From Pseudomonadota bacterium (GTDB lineage Bacteria; SAR324; NAC60-12): a stretch of 64,000 nt of DNA. The stretch is taken from positions 9,767-73,766 of the forward strand of contig SHAT01000002.1 of assembly GCA_004213175.1 (NCBI GenBank), in the 5' to 3' direction. Positions 47,159-56,104 of the stretch are shown here, piece by piece. The notes beneath the pieces are model-generated. The model was not told the DNA's origin. It saw nothing but the letters and a program-made list of their open reading frames with translations, and searched no databases. Position 1 is the first letter of the stretch; each line of letters opens with the position of its first letter. Position numbers and translations under genes: made by a program.

Positions 47159-49005
47159 TAATTTTCATCTTGCGATGCTTCTTCTTTTTTCTTACTTTGC
47201 TCGAAAGCCTCTCGAGCTTGTACTTTTTCTTTTTCATGGTGAGAATGCTGATATTTAAGAAACCAGTCAGCTACTTTTTCAGCTAAATCCGGACGTTTGA
47301 TACGAACGCAGAGGTCCACCATTTTTTTTAAGGTGGTATTTTTCGGATCAAGCTTAATGGCTTCTTCATAATATCTTACAGCACTTTTATATTTACCGTT
47401 TTTTTCCGCTTCTTCCGCAAGATTAATTTTTTCCTGCACTTCTGTTTGAATCTCTTTATTTTGAAAATTCTTCAACATCTGTTCCAACTCAAAAGCCCTA
47501 TTTTCATTTTCCAACATGTGGTTGACATTGATGGCTTTTTGAAGTAATTTCTTACTGACTGCAATGTTGAGTGCTTTGTCTATTAACACTGCAGCATTTT
47601 TAGGATCGTTCTTCTTAAGGTAATTTTCGGAAGTAGTCAAATATGCAGTATGTATAGATTTTATTCCTTCACGTGCTTCTTTATTCTGACGATTTATACG
47701 TAAAATACGTCTATATATTTCAAACGCTTCATCCCAGGATTTGTTTTCTACATTAAGATTGGCAATACGAATCAGCAATTCTTGAGATGTGATTTCAGGA
47801 ACAAGCGGTTCATAAATCTCAAGGGCCTTTTTAGTTCGTTTTTCTTCAAAATATTTGTCGGCCTCTTGCAGAGAAGAATCTATATTATAGTTACCCTGAG
47901 ATCGTTCAAGAAGTTTGAATGTTGTAAAAAAATTGACGCGGGCCTGTTGAATCATTCCTTTGCGCTTATACAGGAGTCCTAGGTTCGCATTGCTGTAACG
48001 ATGATTTGGATTGCGGGCGAGAATACTTTGGAGTGTTTTAATAGCATTGTCGATATTACCCTCTAGTGAAATTGCAAGTACTAAGAAACAACGCAAATCC
48101 ACATTTTCTTTTTCCCGCAGCAACAAACGTTTAAACACATTCTTAGCTATCTTCCCTTCCATTGTCTGAAGACAATGGATTCCTAATGCGAAACAGGCCT
48201 TGCTTTCTTCTTCACTTTCCGCCTCTAAATTGGAAATAATGTAATTATATGTCTGCGCTGAATCAATACTATTCCCCTCGTCCTCTTTTCCTTCAATATC
48301 TTCCTCTTTGTCAAAATTTTTCCCGATATTTGCGCCTTTATTAACATTGTTCTCTTCAGAATCTTTTGAACCACCTTTAACTTCTTCCTCTCTTTCAGTT
48401 TCAAAAGGATCTTTTGAAGCTTTTTTAATTTCATTATCCTCATTTACATCCTCGTTCTGCTGATCACTATGTTCAACAGGGACCGGTGCAAATTGCTGTT
48501 GCATTTCAACAATATTTTCCAGTCCATCCTGTATGTCAGGCAGAACGAAGTCTGTCATTTTTTCAAATTCAGCAATTGCAGAAACTGCGTTGCCGTCTGC
48601 AATTTGAATTTTTGCGTTTGCTGCAGCAAGATTATAGTTAGCGTTCTTAAAATCAGGATCATGCTTCAAGCACAGCTTGTACATGTTTTTTGCTTGATTC
48701 CAATTATGTTTTTTGCGATATGTGTTACCTAACAGATTAGCCAATTCCACGTTTTTAGGATTCATTTTCAAGACATTAACACCTAAACTTATTATACCGT
48801 CAGGATTGCCTCCACCCTGCATTTCCTGAAATAGCTTTGTAACTTTTTCTGAAGCAAGTTTGGGATCAAGCTCAAGCGCTTTGTTAAACTCAACTGCCGC
48901 CCAGTCGTAAAAATTTTTTTCCAATAAACTTTTACCTTTTTCAAGAATTGAGTTTAACTCTTTGTTTGGATCGTCCGTGCTGAAAAAATTTTCAAGTATT
49001 TTCAT
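47158..49005 (-). CDS. Tetratricopeptide-repeat protein with acidic insert
   Basis: 615 aa with multiple TPR-like helical repeats and a central D/E/K-rich low-complexity segment. Confidence 0.55.
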   Translation of the reverse strand: MKILENFFSTDDPNKELNSILEKGKSLLEKNFYDWAAVEFNKALELDPKLASEKVTKLFQEMQGGGNPDGIISLGVNVLKMNPKNVELANLLGNTYRKKHNWNQAKNMYKLCLKHDPDFKNANYNLAAANAKIQIADGNAVSAIAEFEKMTDFVLPDIQDGLENIVEMQQQFAPVPVEHSDQQNEDVNEDNEIKKASKDPFETEREEEVKGGSKDSEENNVNKGANIGKNFDKEEDIEGKEDEGNSIDSAQTYNYIISNLEAESEEESKACFALGIHCLQTMEGKIAKNVFKRLLLREKENVDLRCFLVLAISLEGNIDNAIKTLQSILARNPNHRYSNANLGLLYKRKGMIQQARVNFFTTFKLLERSQGNYNIDSSLQEADKYFEEKRTKKALEIYEPLVPEITSQELLIRIANLNVENKSWDEAFEIYRRILRINRQNKEAREGIKSIHTAYLTTSENYLKKNDPKNAAVLIDKALNIAVSKKLLQKAINVNHMLENENRAFELEQMLKNFQNKEIQTEVQEKINLAEEAEKNGKYKSAVRYYEEAIKLDPKNTTLKKMVDLCVRIKRPDLAEKVADWFLKYQHSHHEKEKVQAREAFEQSKKKEEASQDEN

Positions 49006-49404
49006 GAATCAGAAATTTTCCGGCTAATTATTTTGTTTGATAAATATTTATATGTGGTTCTTAGTTAAAACATCATCATAACCGATGGTGAACTTATTGT
49101 AAATTCCAGTTTTTAGAAAAAGTTCATCTTAAACAATGATTTGATCATTTTGAAAAAAGTAGTAAATTAAGGACTAATGCATATTTTTTTGTATTTTTGA
49201 TCTAAAATATTAAATTGCTGAAAAATCATTAATTCTCAGAAAAGACTTGCTAAAATCAGGCCGGATGTGGCATCTATTGTGTAGAAGATTAAGTAGAAGA
49301 TTATTAATTTGATGCTTCCTGAAACATTTTTCAGTATGGGTGCGTTGCTTCAAAGCAAAAATGAGACTTTATCAAGTAAATTGAAACATCAAAACTGAGG
49401 AATA

Positions 49405-50901
49405 ATGGCAGAAATAACTGATGATGTTGAAATCAAACTGACCCCAGAAGATAGTCCAAATGAAATATTAAAAGATCTAGGAGATAAAGAGTTGTTAGAA
49501 GAAGACCTCAACGGAGATGACCCGTTATTGGGACTGGATGATTCAGATATGGATGACATGTTCCCGGATTCTGATGATGTGGATGATTCTCCAGATGAGG
49601 TTGAAATAGACTTAGGTATGGATGAAATTGGTGATCTTGTAGAAGACTTAAAATTGGATGTGGCTGAGGATGATGAAGAGGTACATGTTAATGGAGAAGG
49701 AGATATGGTTTTCGATGAGGAAGAAATTAATAATGACAGTAATGACTCAGTAGAAAGTTTACTTGATGCATTTGAAGATGATGACGATGACGGAGAGCAT
49801 AGAGTTGTAGATGATTCTCTTGAAAAGGAAACTCCTACTGATCCAGAAAAAGACTCTGAAAATGATATTGAGCAAAGTCCAGAGTCACAGGAAGAACATG
49901 TTCCTTTAGTAACGGAATCCCCAGTTGAAGAAGAAGGAGGAGATAGCGATGATTCAGGAGAATCTAATCCCTCAGATTTAATTGATATCTTAGATGACTC
50001 TGATATTTCGGATGATAGTGACCAAGAAGAAGATGAAGATATGGAACTAGGCATGGATACTCTTGACGAAACCAAAGATGAAGAATTATCAGATCTTGAG
50101 CTCGATACTACGGAGATTGAGGAATCCGTCGACTTGGATGTTCCTGCTATAGACACTTCAGATGAAACTAAGGAAGTGGATATCTCGGATGAATCAAAAG
50201 ATGATGAAATAACGGATCTCGGCATTGATGATGTCGAGACTGTTGAGATAGAAAATGATGAGGATAAGTCTCCAGTTGGAATTGATGAAGTAGAAGTCAC
50301 GGATGAAATAACAGATAATGAAATGCCGGATCTTGGAATTGACGATGCCGAAACTGTTGAGATAGAAAATGATGAGGATTATTCTGCTGATGAATCAGCT
50401 GAAGTTGAACTTGAAGAGGATATTTTTGAGTCTGAGGCAGAAGATATTGCAGTAACTGAGATAGCAACCGAAACTCAAGGATTACTTGAGGAGTTAAGTG
50501 GGGAGAATGAAGAAATTGAAACTGAAGTACAAGAAACGCCTTCAGATGAATTAACTAAAGAGAATGAAGAAATTATAAATGTAGCTCAAGAAACACCTTC
50601 TATTGTTATAGTGGAGAGTGAAATGCCAATTGAATCAGAGGCAACAGAGACAATAGCAGCACCTTTAGACTCAAACATGCTGTTAAACTTCAACCATGAA
50701 GTAGTGGTCGAAATAGCGAGGACAAGCCTTACCGGCGAAGAAATCACACAGATCACATATGGCAGCATCATTGAACTTGATAAAGTTGCAGGTGAACCAG
50801 TAAATTTAGTCCTCAACGGTAAAACAATTGCTCTTGGGGAAGTTGTACAAATAAACAATGAAAAACTGGGCATACGAATTGTGGGCGTTATCCAGGACTA
50901 A
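49405..50901 (+). CDS. FliN/SpoA-domain protein with ~430-aa hyper-acidic repetitive N-terminal region
   Basis: The C-terminal ~70 aa (VVVEIARTSLTGEEITQITYGSIIELDKVAGEPVNLVLNGKTIALGEVVQINNEKLGIRIVGVI) match the FliN/SctQ SpoA fold. The N-terminus is about 35% D/E with internal repeats. Confidence 0.7.
   Translation: MAEITDDVEIKLTPEDSPNEILKDLGDKELLEEDLNGDDPLLGLDDSDMDDMFPDSDDVDDSPDEVEIDLGMDEIGDLVEDLKLDVAEDDEEVHVNGEGDMVFDEEEINNDSNDSVESLLDAFEDDDDDGEHRVVDDSLEKETPTDPEKDSENDIEQSPESQEEHVPLVTESPVEEEGGDSDDSGESNPSDLIDILDDSDISDDSDQEEDEDMELGMDTLDETKDEELSDLELDTTEIEESVDLDVPAIDTSDETKEVDISDESKDDEITDLGIDDVETVEIENDEDKSPVGIDEVEVTDEITDNEMPDLGIDDAETVEIENDEDYSADESAEVELEEDIFESEAEDIAVTEIATETQGLLEELSGENEEIETEVQETPSDELTKENEEIINVAQETPSIVIVESEMPIESEATETIAAPLDSNMLLNFNHEVVVEIARTSLTGEEITQITYGSIIELDKVAGEPVNLVLNGKTIALGEVVQINNEKLGIRIVGVIQD
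50200..50385 (+). repeat. Internal tandem repeat (~100-114 nt period) in the acidic region of the FliN-like gene
   Basis: The nucleotide repeats are ...ggatctcggcattgatgatgtcgagactgttgagatagaaaatgatgaggata... and ...ggatcttggaattgacgatgccgaaactgttgagatagaaaatgatgaggatta.... They encode DLGIDDVETVEIENDEDKS and DLGIDDAETVEIENDEDYS. Confidence 0.7.
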
Positions 50902-50909
50902 TTGAAATT

Positions 50910-51854
50910 ATGCTTCACCAAACATCAGACATCCCCATAAAACCCTTTGAGTTAGCTGAAACTCAATTCAATACAGGACGTTTCCACATAATGGATATTG
51001 TCTTTCGTCGGTGGGCAACTCTCTTGCAAGAGACGCTTTACGCGGAAATGGGAATGATGTTAGATATATCCGCTGAAAATGTTGAGAAGATGCGTTTTGG
51101 GAAATTATTAGATTCGGTTGAGGAACAGCCGATCTATATTTTTGAAACTTTAAACAATGGCCGTGGTTTTTTACTTGTAGAAAAACCTTTTTTTGATTTA
51201 TCACTTAATGGGAAAGTAGATAATACCTCAGAAGAGTTGTCACTAGTAAAAATGATGAAAGAAAATAGACAAACTCTACTGAAATTAGTATCAACATTGA
51301 TTGATTGCTTTGAAAAAAGCTGGAAAAATATTGCAGAGGTTGAACTTAAACTGAATCGTGTTACCATCTATCCCCGCAGGGCAAATGTCATGTTGCCTTA
51401 CGAGAATTGTTTCTCAGGACGTATTCAGCTGATTCATGAAGATCTTCAAACAAGTATCCAGTTATGCATGCCTTATGCTGCTCTTGTGTCTGTACTTAGA
51501 CCGCTTGAAAACAAAAAGATTATTGAGCCTGAATCGATAGGGTATTATTTCCCTCATGTGAAAGATAATTTTAAGAATTTACTGGAAAGTTCTGAATATT
51601 CTGTTGTTGCTGAATTAGGTAAGGCGGATCTGAGAGAAGCAAAAGGGAAGCTAGAAGAAGGGCAGGTCCTCCCCCTGCTGAATAAAGATGGCCTCGCTAC
51701 AATCCGGATAAACGGAACCCCTGCTTTGCAAGGTTCAACAGGAGAATCTTCAGGGCATTATTCAGTTCAAGTGATACGAGGTGCTGAGGATAAAAAACCT
51801 TCGGCAATTCAGCAAAAAAAGAAATTCAAACAACTTGCCTGGCCAACTCAATAG
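50910..51854 (+). CDS. FliM-like flagellar motor switch family protein lacking the N-terminal CheY-P binding peptide
   Basis: 314 aa. The middle domain has a FliM-like LCMPYAALVSVL (ciPy motif). The C-terminus (GQVLPLLNKDG...RINGTPALQGSTGESSGHYSVQVI) is a SpoA-like fold. There is no LSQDEIDALL-type N-terminus. It lies 9 nt after the FliN-like gene. Confidence 0.6.
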   Translation: MLHQTSDIPIKPFELAETQFNTGRFHIMDIVFRRWATLLQETLYAEMGMMLDISAENVEKMRFGKLLDSVEEQPIYIFETLNNGRGFLLVEKPFFDLSLNGKVDNTSEELSLVKMMKENRQTLLKLVSTLIDCFEKSWKNIAEVELKLNRVTIYPRRANVMLPYENCFSGRIQLIHEDLQTSIQLCMPYAALVSVLRPLENKKIIEPESIGYYFPHVKDNFKNLLESSEYSVVAELGKADLREAKGKLEEGQVLPLLNKDGLATIRINGTPALQGSTGESSGHYSVQVIRGAEDKKPSAIQQKKKFKQLAWPTQ

Positions 51855-53221
51855 ATATCTTTTTTTAAAACAGCTTCAAGCCATATATCAGTATTCTCTC
51901 CACACTTTTTGAAAAGTTCCAACGTCTCATCCGCAGGAGTAAGGCCTCCCTTTGTGTAGCGCTCAAAAAATGGTAACAGCCAATTCTCCTCTGCAGAACC
52001 GAGCCCCTCTAAGGCTTTTTCTACAATTTTCCTCCCGGTCTCTGCAAAATCTACTCGATTGACTTCAGCATGTAAAGCATCCCTTGCTACAGCTCTCTTA
52101 TAAATCTTGAATTCTTCCTTAGGTAAATCCATCAGAATTGATTGTACTGATTCGAAAGTGGTTTCATTATAAAGTAATGCTCCAATCAATGCCGGAACCG
52201 CTAGAGAATATTTCGGATCTATGCTGTCAACAACCCGCACTTCCAAAATGTTTTTTATCCTGATATCGGGAAAAAGCATTCCAAGGTGCTCTTCCCAGTC
52301 AACCATGCTCATTGTTAGTTCCGAATGCTTACCCTCTAACAACTGTTGAAAATTCCATTCGCTCGTCAAGACCCATTCTCCATGACGCTTCAAATGATAA
52401 GGAGAAACCTTTAGGGCCCAACCAATATAATCTTCCAAACGAAAGTCAGCACTTAAAAAATTTTCTGGAAGCCCTGAACGTGAATTATCGGTATGATCCC
52501 AAATATGTGAGCGATAAGAATGATAACCACTGTGGCTGCCTTCAATTAAAGGACTGTTTGCAAATATAGCTGTTAAAAAAGGTGAAAGACGGTTTAGAAA
52601 AACAAATTTTCTCTCCATATCTTCTATGGAATCATAATCAATACTTACCTGCACACCGGCGGTAGCTTTCATCATCCACTGTCCAAGAGAACCTGTATTC
52701 ATCATGAATGGGAACATGATCTGATAACGACTTTTTGGGAAAAATGGCAACTGATCCAAAGAATGCAGTGGCTGTACTCCCTGAAATAAAAGTCTCCCCC
52801 CAAAACCTGAAACCGCTTCTTCTAAAAGCGTTAAGTATAACTGTAAAGAGTTATGTGCTTCTAAAAGTGAATTCCTAGGTGCATCAGAAAGCTCAATTTG
52901 TCCACCTGGTTCAATGGTAATTTTTGAACCAGACAGACCCTTGAGTGCTAGAAGCATGTCTTTTTCATACACTTTTTCATATGGATCTGCAGTGTCTTTT
53001 GTAAGTTCTGCTAGATTATCCAAGATACTGAAAACACCAGAATCGCCATCTACAGGTAAAGGTCGGAAACCATTCCCAGAATGATCTTCACAGGGAATAA
53101 TAACGAAATTTTCGTACTCTATTCCAATCAATTTTTTATAGGGAGTACCGGATTCTTTTTGGCAATAACCAAGAAAGAGAGATTTAAGGTCGTCTGTAGT
53201 CATGATTTTATTATTGCCCAA
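51848..53221 (-). CDS. Glutamate--cysteine ligase family protein (GCS2 / plant-type gamma-GCS-like)
   Basis: 457 aa. The N-terminal IGIEYENFVI resembles the iGtEhE substrate-binding strand of GCS2 enzymes, and the overall length is typical. Confidence 0.5.
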   Translation of the reverse strand: MGNNKIMTTDDLKSLFLGYCQKESGTPYKKLIGIEYENFVIIPCEDHSGNGFRPLPVDGDSGVFSILDNLAELTKDTADPYEKVYEKDMLLALKGLSGSKITIEPGGQIELSDAPRNSLLEAHNSLQLYLTLLEEAVSGFGGRLLFQGVQPLHSLDQLPFFPKSRYQIMFPFMMNTGSLGQWMMKATAGVQVSIDYDSIEDMERKFVFLNRLSPFLTAIFANSPLIEGSHSGYHSYRSHIWDHTDNSRSGLPENFLSADFRLEDYIGWALKVSPYHLKRHGEWVLTSEWNFQQLLEGKHSELTMSMVDWEEHLGMLFPDIRIKNILEVRVVDSIDPKYSLAVPALIGALLYNETTFESVQSILMDLPKEEFKIYKRAVARDALHAEVNRVDFAETGRKIVEKALEGLGSAEENWLLPFFERYTKGGLTPADETLELFKKCGENTDIWLEAVLKKDIY

Positions 53222-53263
53222 AATAAATTGAGAAAAGTATTGAATAAAAGAAGATAAATAAAA

Positions 53264-53896
53264 TTAAAGTAGTACTTTAATAATTCGTTTACTAATGGAG
53301 GTGATCCAGCTAAAAACACTGAAATGTGGTAAAAAAATACTGAGCACGACCAAACCAATTAAGGCCTGGGAACCGTAGAGGTAATTCCAATGCTGATATT
53401 GTCTTTTTAGGTTGGCTGGCAAAAAATGGGGTAATACGGAATTTCCATCAAGCGGCCCAAGCGGGATCAAGTTAAACAGAAAAAGATTAAAATTGATAAA
53501 AATAAATAGATATAACAATTCCAGCATAGGAACTCCAGCAAGAGTTGAGAAATCGTTTTTTGCTAAAATACTTAGGACAAGTGAGCCTCCAAGACCTAAT
53601 AACAGATTCATCAATGGTCCTGCGAATGCAACGTAAAAATCAGCATTTCGTATGCGATAGTTATTTGGATTAACAGGTACTGGCTTCGCATATCCAAATC
53701 CTGCCACTAGTAGCATGACACTTCCAAAAAAGTCCAAGTGTACAAATGGATTGAGAGACATTCTACCTGTTTGTTTTGCTGTATCGTCGCCACACAGATG
53801 GGCTACATATGCGTGACCGAATTCATGGAAAGTTAAAGCAAAAATCAAACTAAAAATCAGTATGATCAAGACTTGTGGCGGTAGACTGAACAACAT
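53264..53896 (-). CDS. Site-2 protease family (peptidase M50) zinc metalloprotease
   Basis: 210-aa polytopic protein with HEFGHAYVA (HExxH) in the first TM region and a downstream LDG motif. Confidence 0.8.
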   Translation of the reverse strand: MLFSLPPQVLIILIFSLIFALTFHEFGHAYVAHLCGDDTAKQTGRMSLNPFVHLDFFGSVMLLVAGFGYAKPVPVNPNNYRIRNADFYVAFAGPLMNLLLGLGGSLVLSILAKNDFSTLAGVPMLELLYLFIFINFNLFLFNLIPLGPLDGNSVLPHFLPANLKRQYQHWNYLYGSQALIGLVVLSIFLPHFSVFSWITSISKRIIKVLL

Positions 53897-54474
53897 TTTA
53901 AATTTTCTTTAGAAGTTAGTTCTCAGTGCAATGTTTTTTATTGTAATAGCACATCTTATCAGAAACATAAACTCTTCCTAAAGACAAAACTTCTGGCAAA
54001 GTAATTTATCTTTTAACCCTGCGCAATGTATTAGTAGTTAAAATGAAAAAATGACAGGTACAGAATAGAAGATTTTATTAAAAAAATGCTTTGCTTTTTT
54101 GGTGGACCGTTACTAAATATTTCTTCTATAATTTAAATGTTCACAATAAATTAAATAGTCACACAAAATAGACTGGCGTACAAAAAAACCTTTGCAAATG
54201 CCTTTAAGTGAATCAAGACAAAATTTATTTTAAACTACTCCCAATAAAAAATTGAAACTTTGGTATACAAGCAAAATCAACACATAAAAAGTCGATAGTT
54301 GACTTTAAAAAATAAAAACTTATGGGGAGATATCACACTTAATTGCAATGTCCTTAAATAATTTATAATCACAAATGTATTTTTAATATCTTTTCCTGTT
54401 TAAGACCTGTAGAATTTGAAGTTGCATAGTACAGCTTCAATTTTTATAACTGTTTCTTGAAAGATTAAGCCACA

Positions 54475-55077
54475 ATGTATTGTTGTTTTTTTGATGTAGA
54501 CGGAGTTTTGTTAGACTTTGAAGGTGGATTCACTAATACAGTAAAGGATTACTTTAAGTTAGAGTTACCAAAGGATTTTGTTTCAAAAAGTTTCTGGTTT
54601 GAAGATATACTGACAAAGGAACAGGTCATGGAAGGATGGGATTATTTTCTTCACAGTACTGAATTTGAAAAACTTAAACCAATTGTAGATCCGGAAAAAT
54701 TCAACAATGTATTCGGGGCATATCCTGTGCATTTTATCACAAATATCCCGTTGGATTGCCTTGAGCGAAGAGAAAAAAATTTAAGAAATGTAGGATTTAA
54801 ATTTAACTCAGCACATTGTGCAGGATTTATAGAATATGACGGATATTCAAAAAAAACCAAAGCTGAGATTATTCAGGAATTGCATCAAGAAGGAAAGAAA
54901 GTAATGTTTGTGGACGATCATCCTGACAATTGTCTCAACGTATGGGAAAATTTCCCTAAAGCAGAAATATGGTTGATGACCCGGCCATTTAATTATGATT
55001 TCATTCACCCGAAAATACGCCGGGCCAGGAATTGGAATGAAGTTCTTGAACACACTAGCAAAGCTGCCAATAGCTAA
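54475..55077 (+). CDS. 5'(3')-deoxyribonucleotidase (NT5C family, HAD superfamily)
   Basis: 200 aa. The N-terminal motif is DVDGVLLDF (HAD motif I) and the fold is NT5C-like. Confidence 0.65.
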   Translation: MYCCFFDVDGVLLDFEGGFTNTVKDYFKLELPKDFVSKSFWFEDILTKEQVMEGWDYFLHSTEFEKLKPIVDPEKFNNVFGAYPVHFITNIPLDCLERREKNLRNVGFKFNSAHCAGFIEYDGYSKKTKAEIIQELHQEGKKVMFVDDHPDNCLNVWENFPKAEIWLMTRPFNYDFIHPKIRRARNWNEVLEHTSKAANS

Positions 55078-55162
55078 TTTTACTCACCTTTACCTTCTTT
55101 AATTTTATTGGTACAGAAAACCATTTCTTTCGTTCTGGTTTTATGTTGAATCTGAAGTATCG

Positions 55163-56104
55163 ATGTTTTACAAAAATATTCTACTAATTCAGTTAGGATT
55201 AGCATTTGTAATTATGTTAGAGCTTGCTCCAGGTGTTTTTGCACAGGAAGAAGGTACAGTAATTCAAGCAGTAGGAAGAGATGAAGTCTGGCGGATTGGA
55301 TTTTGGGAATTAGTACATCAAACATTTGTTAATGATGACAGTCATCCGTTTTATCAAATGACGGGTACTGAAAGGTTCAGAGCAGGAAGTGGTTTTTTTG
55401 GAACTACTTTTTTAGATCCAGGAAGTACCAATTTGATTCCAAATGTTAATTATAAAAATGAAGATGGTCATAGTGGTCAAGACGGTATTTTAACAAATTT
55501 ATTCAGTAATATCCCTCTGCTAGGAGCTATCCCTACTTTTTCCCTAGAGTATATCCAACCAACTAACTATGGCATCGGTATCGGCTTAGGAATTGCTTAC
55601 ACCAATATTTGGCTAGATGACACACAAGTCAGGTCAGCCACTACGGGAGCAGATCCAGAATATGATACCCCTATCTTACGGTTGGCATCTCATTTCTATA
55701 TGCTTGCCGCATCAATCCACCCTTTAGGAGTACCTAAGACTGACGATTTGGATATTTTTTTTGGTATAGGTCTATCGAGAGTCGAAAGTACTTTAAAATC
55801 TGGTATCCGAGTGAATCCAACAATCCCTGAATATGCTTCTACCACTCAGACTCAACTCAACAGTTCTTCCGGCGCCTTATATTTTCGAAGAATAGGAATT
55901 GCTTCAGGAGGTAAAAATTTTGGTATTATGCTGGAGTTTCTATTACTTGGAAACGAGGAATTTATTGAAAATCCGTTTGCCAAAAGTACAATCATAGACT
56001 CTGCTATCTATGACTCAACATATAATGACCGAGGGGGTGCATTACCTTCAAAAGTTGGAATGCCTGGAGGGATCACACGTTTTTCTTGGACTTATTCATT
56101 TTAG
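55163..56104 (+). CDS. Putative outer-membrane beta-barrel protein
   Basis: Signal peptide (LLIQLGLAFVIMLELAPGVFAQ), alternating-strand composition and a C-terminal aromatic residue (SWTYSF). Confidence 0.45.
   Translation: MFYKNILLIQLGLAFVIMLELAPGVFAQEEGTVIQAVGRDEVWRIGFWELVHQTFVNDDSHPFYQMTGTERFRAGSGFFGTTFLDPGSTNLIPNVNYKNEDGHSGQDGILTNLFSNIPLLGAIPTFSLEYIQPTNYGIGIGLGIAYTNIWLDDTQVRSATTGADPEYDTPILRLASHFYMLAASIHPLGVPKTDDLDIFFGIGLSRVESTLKSGIRVNPTIPEYASTTQTQLNSSSGALYFRRIGIASGGKNFGIMLEFLLLGNEEFIENPFAKSTIIDSAIYDSTYNDRGGALPSKVGMPGGITRFSWTYSF

Noticed and set aside
49389-50300. 303-aa Ser-rich ORF on the minus strand
   Set aside because: It is the antisense of the GAT/GAA-rich acidic-repeat coding region of the FliN-like gene. 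Reverse-complementing Asp/Glu codons gives Ser/Ile/Phe codons without stops, so it is a composition artefact.
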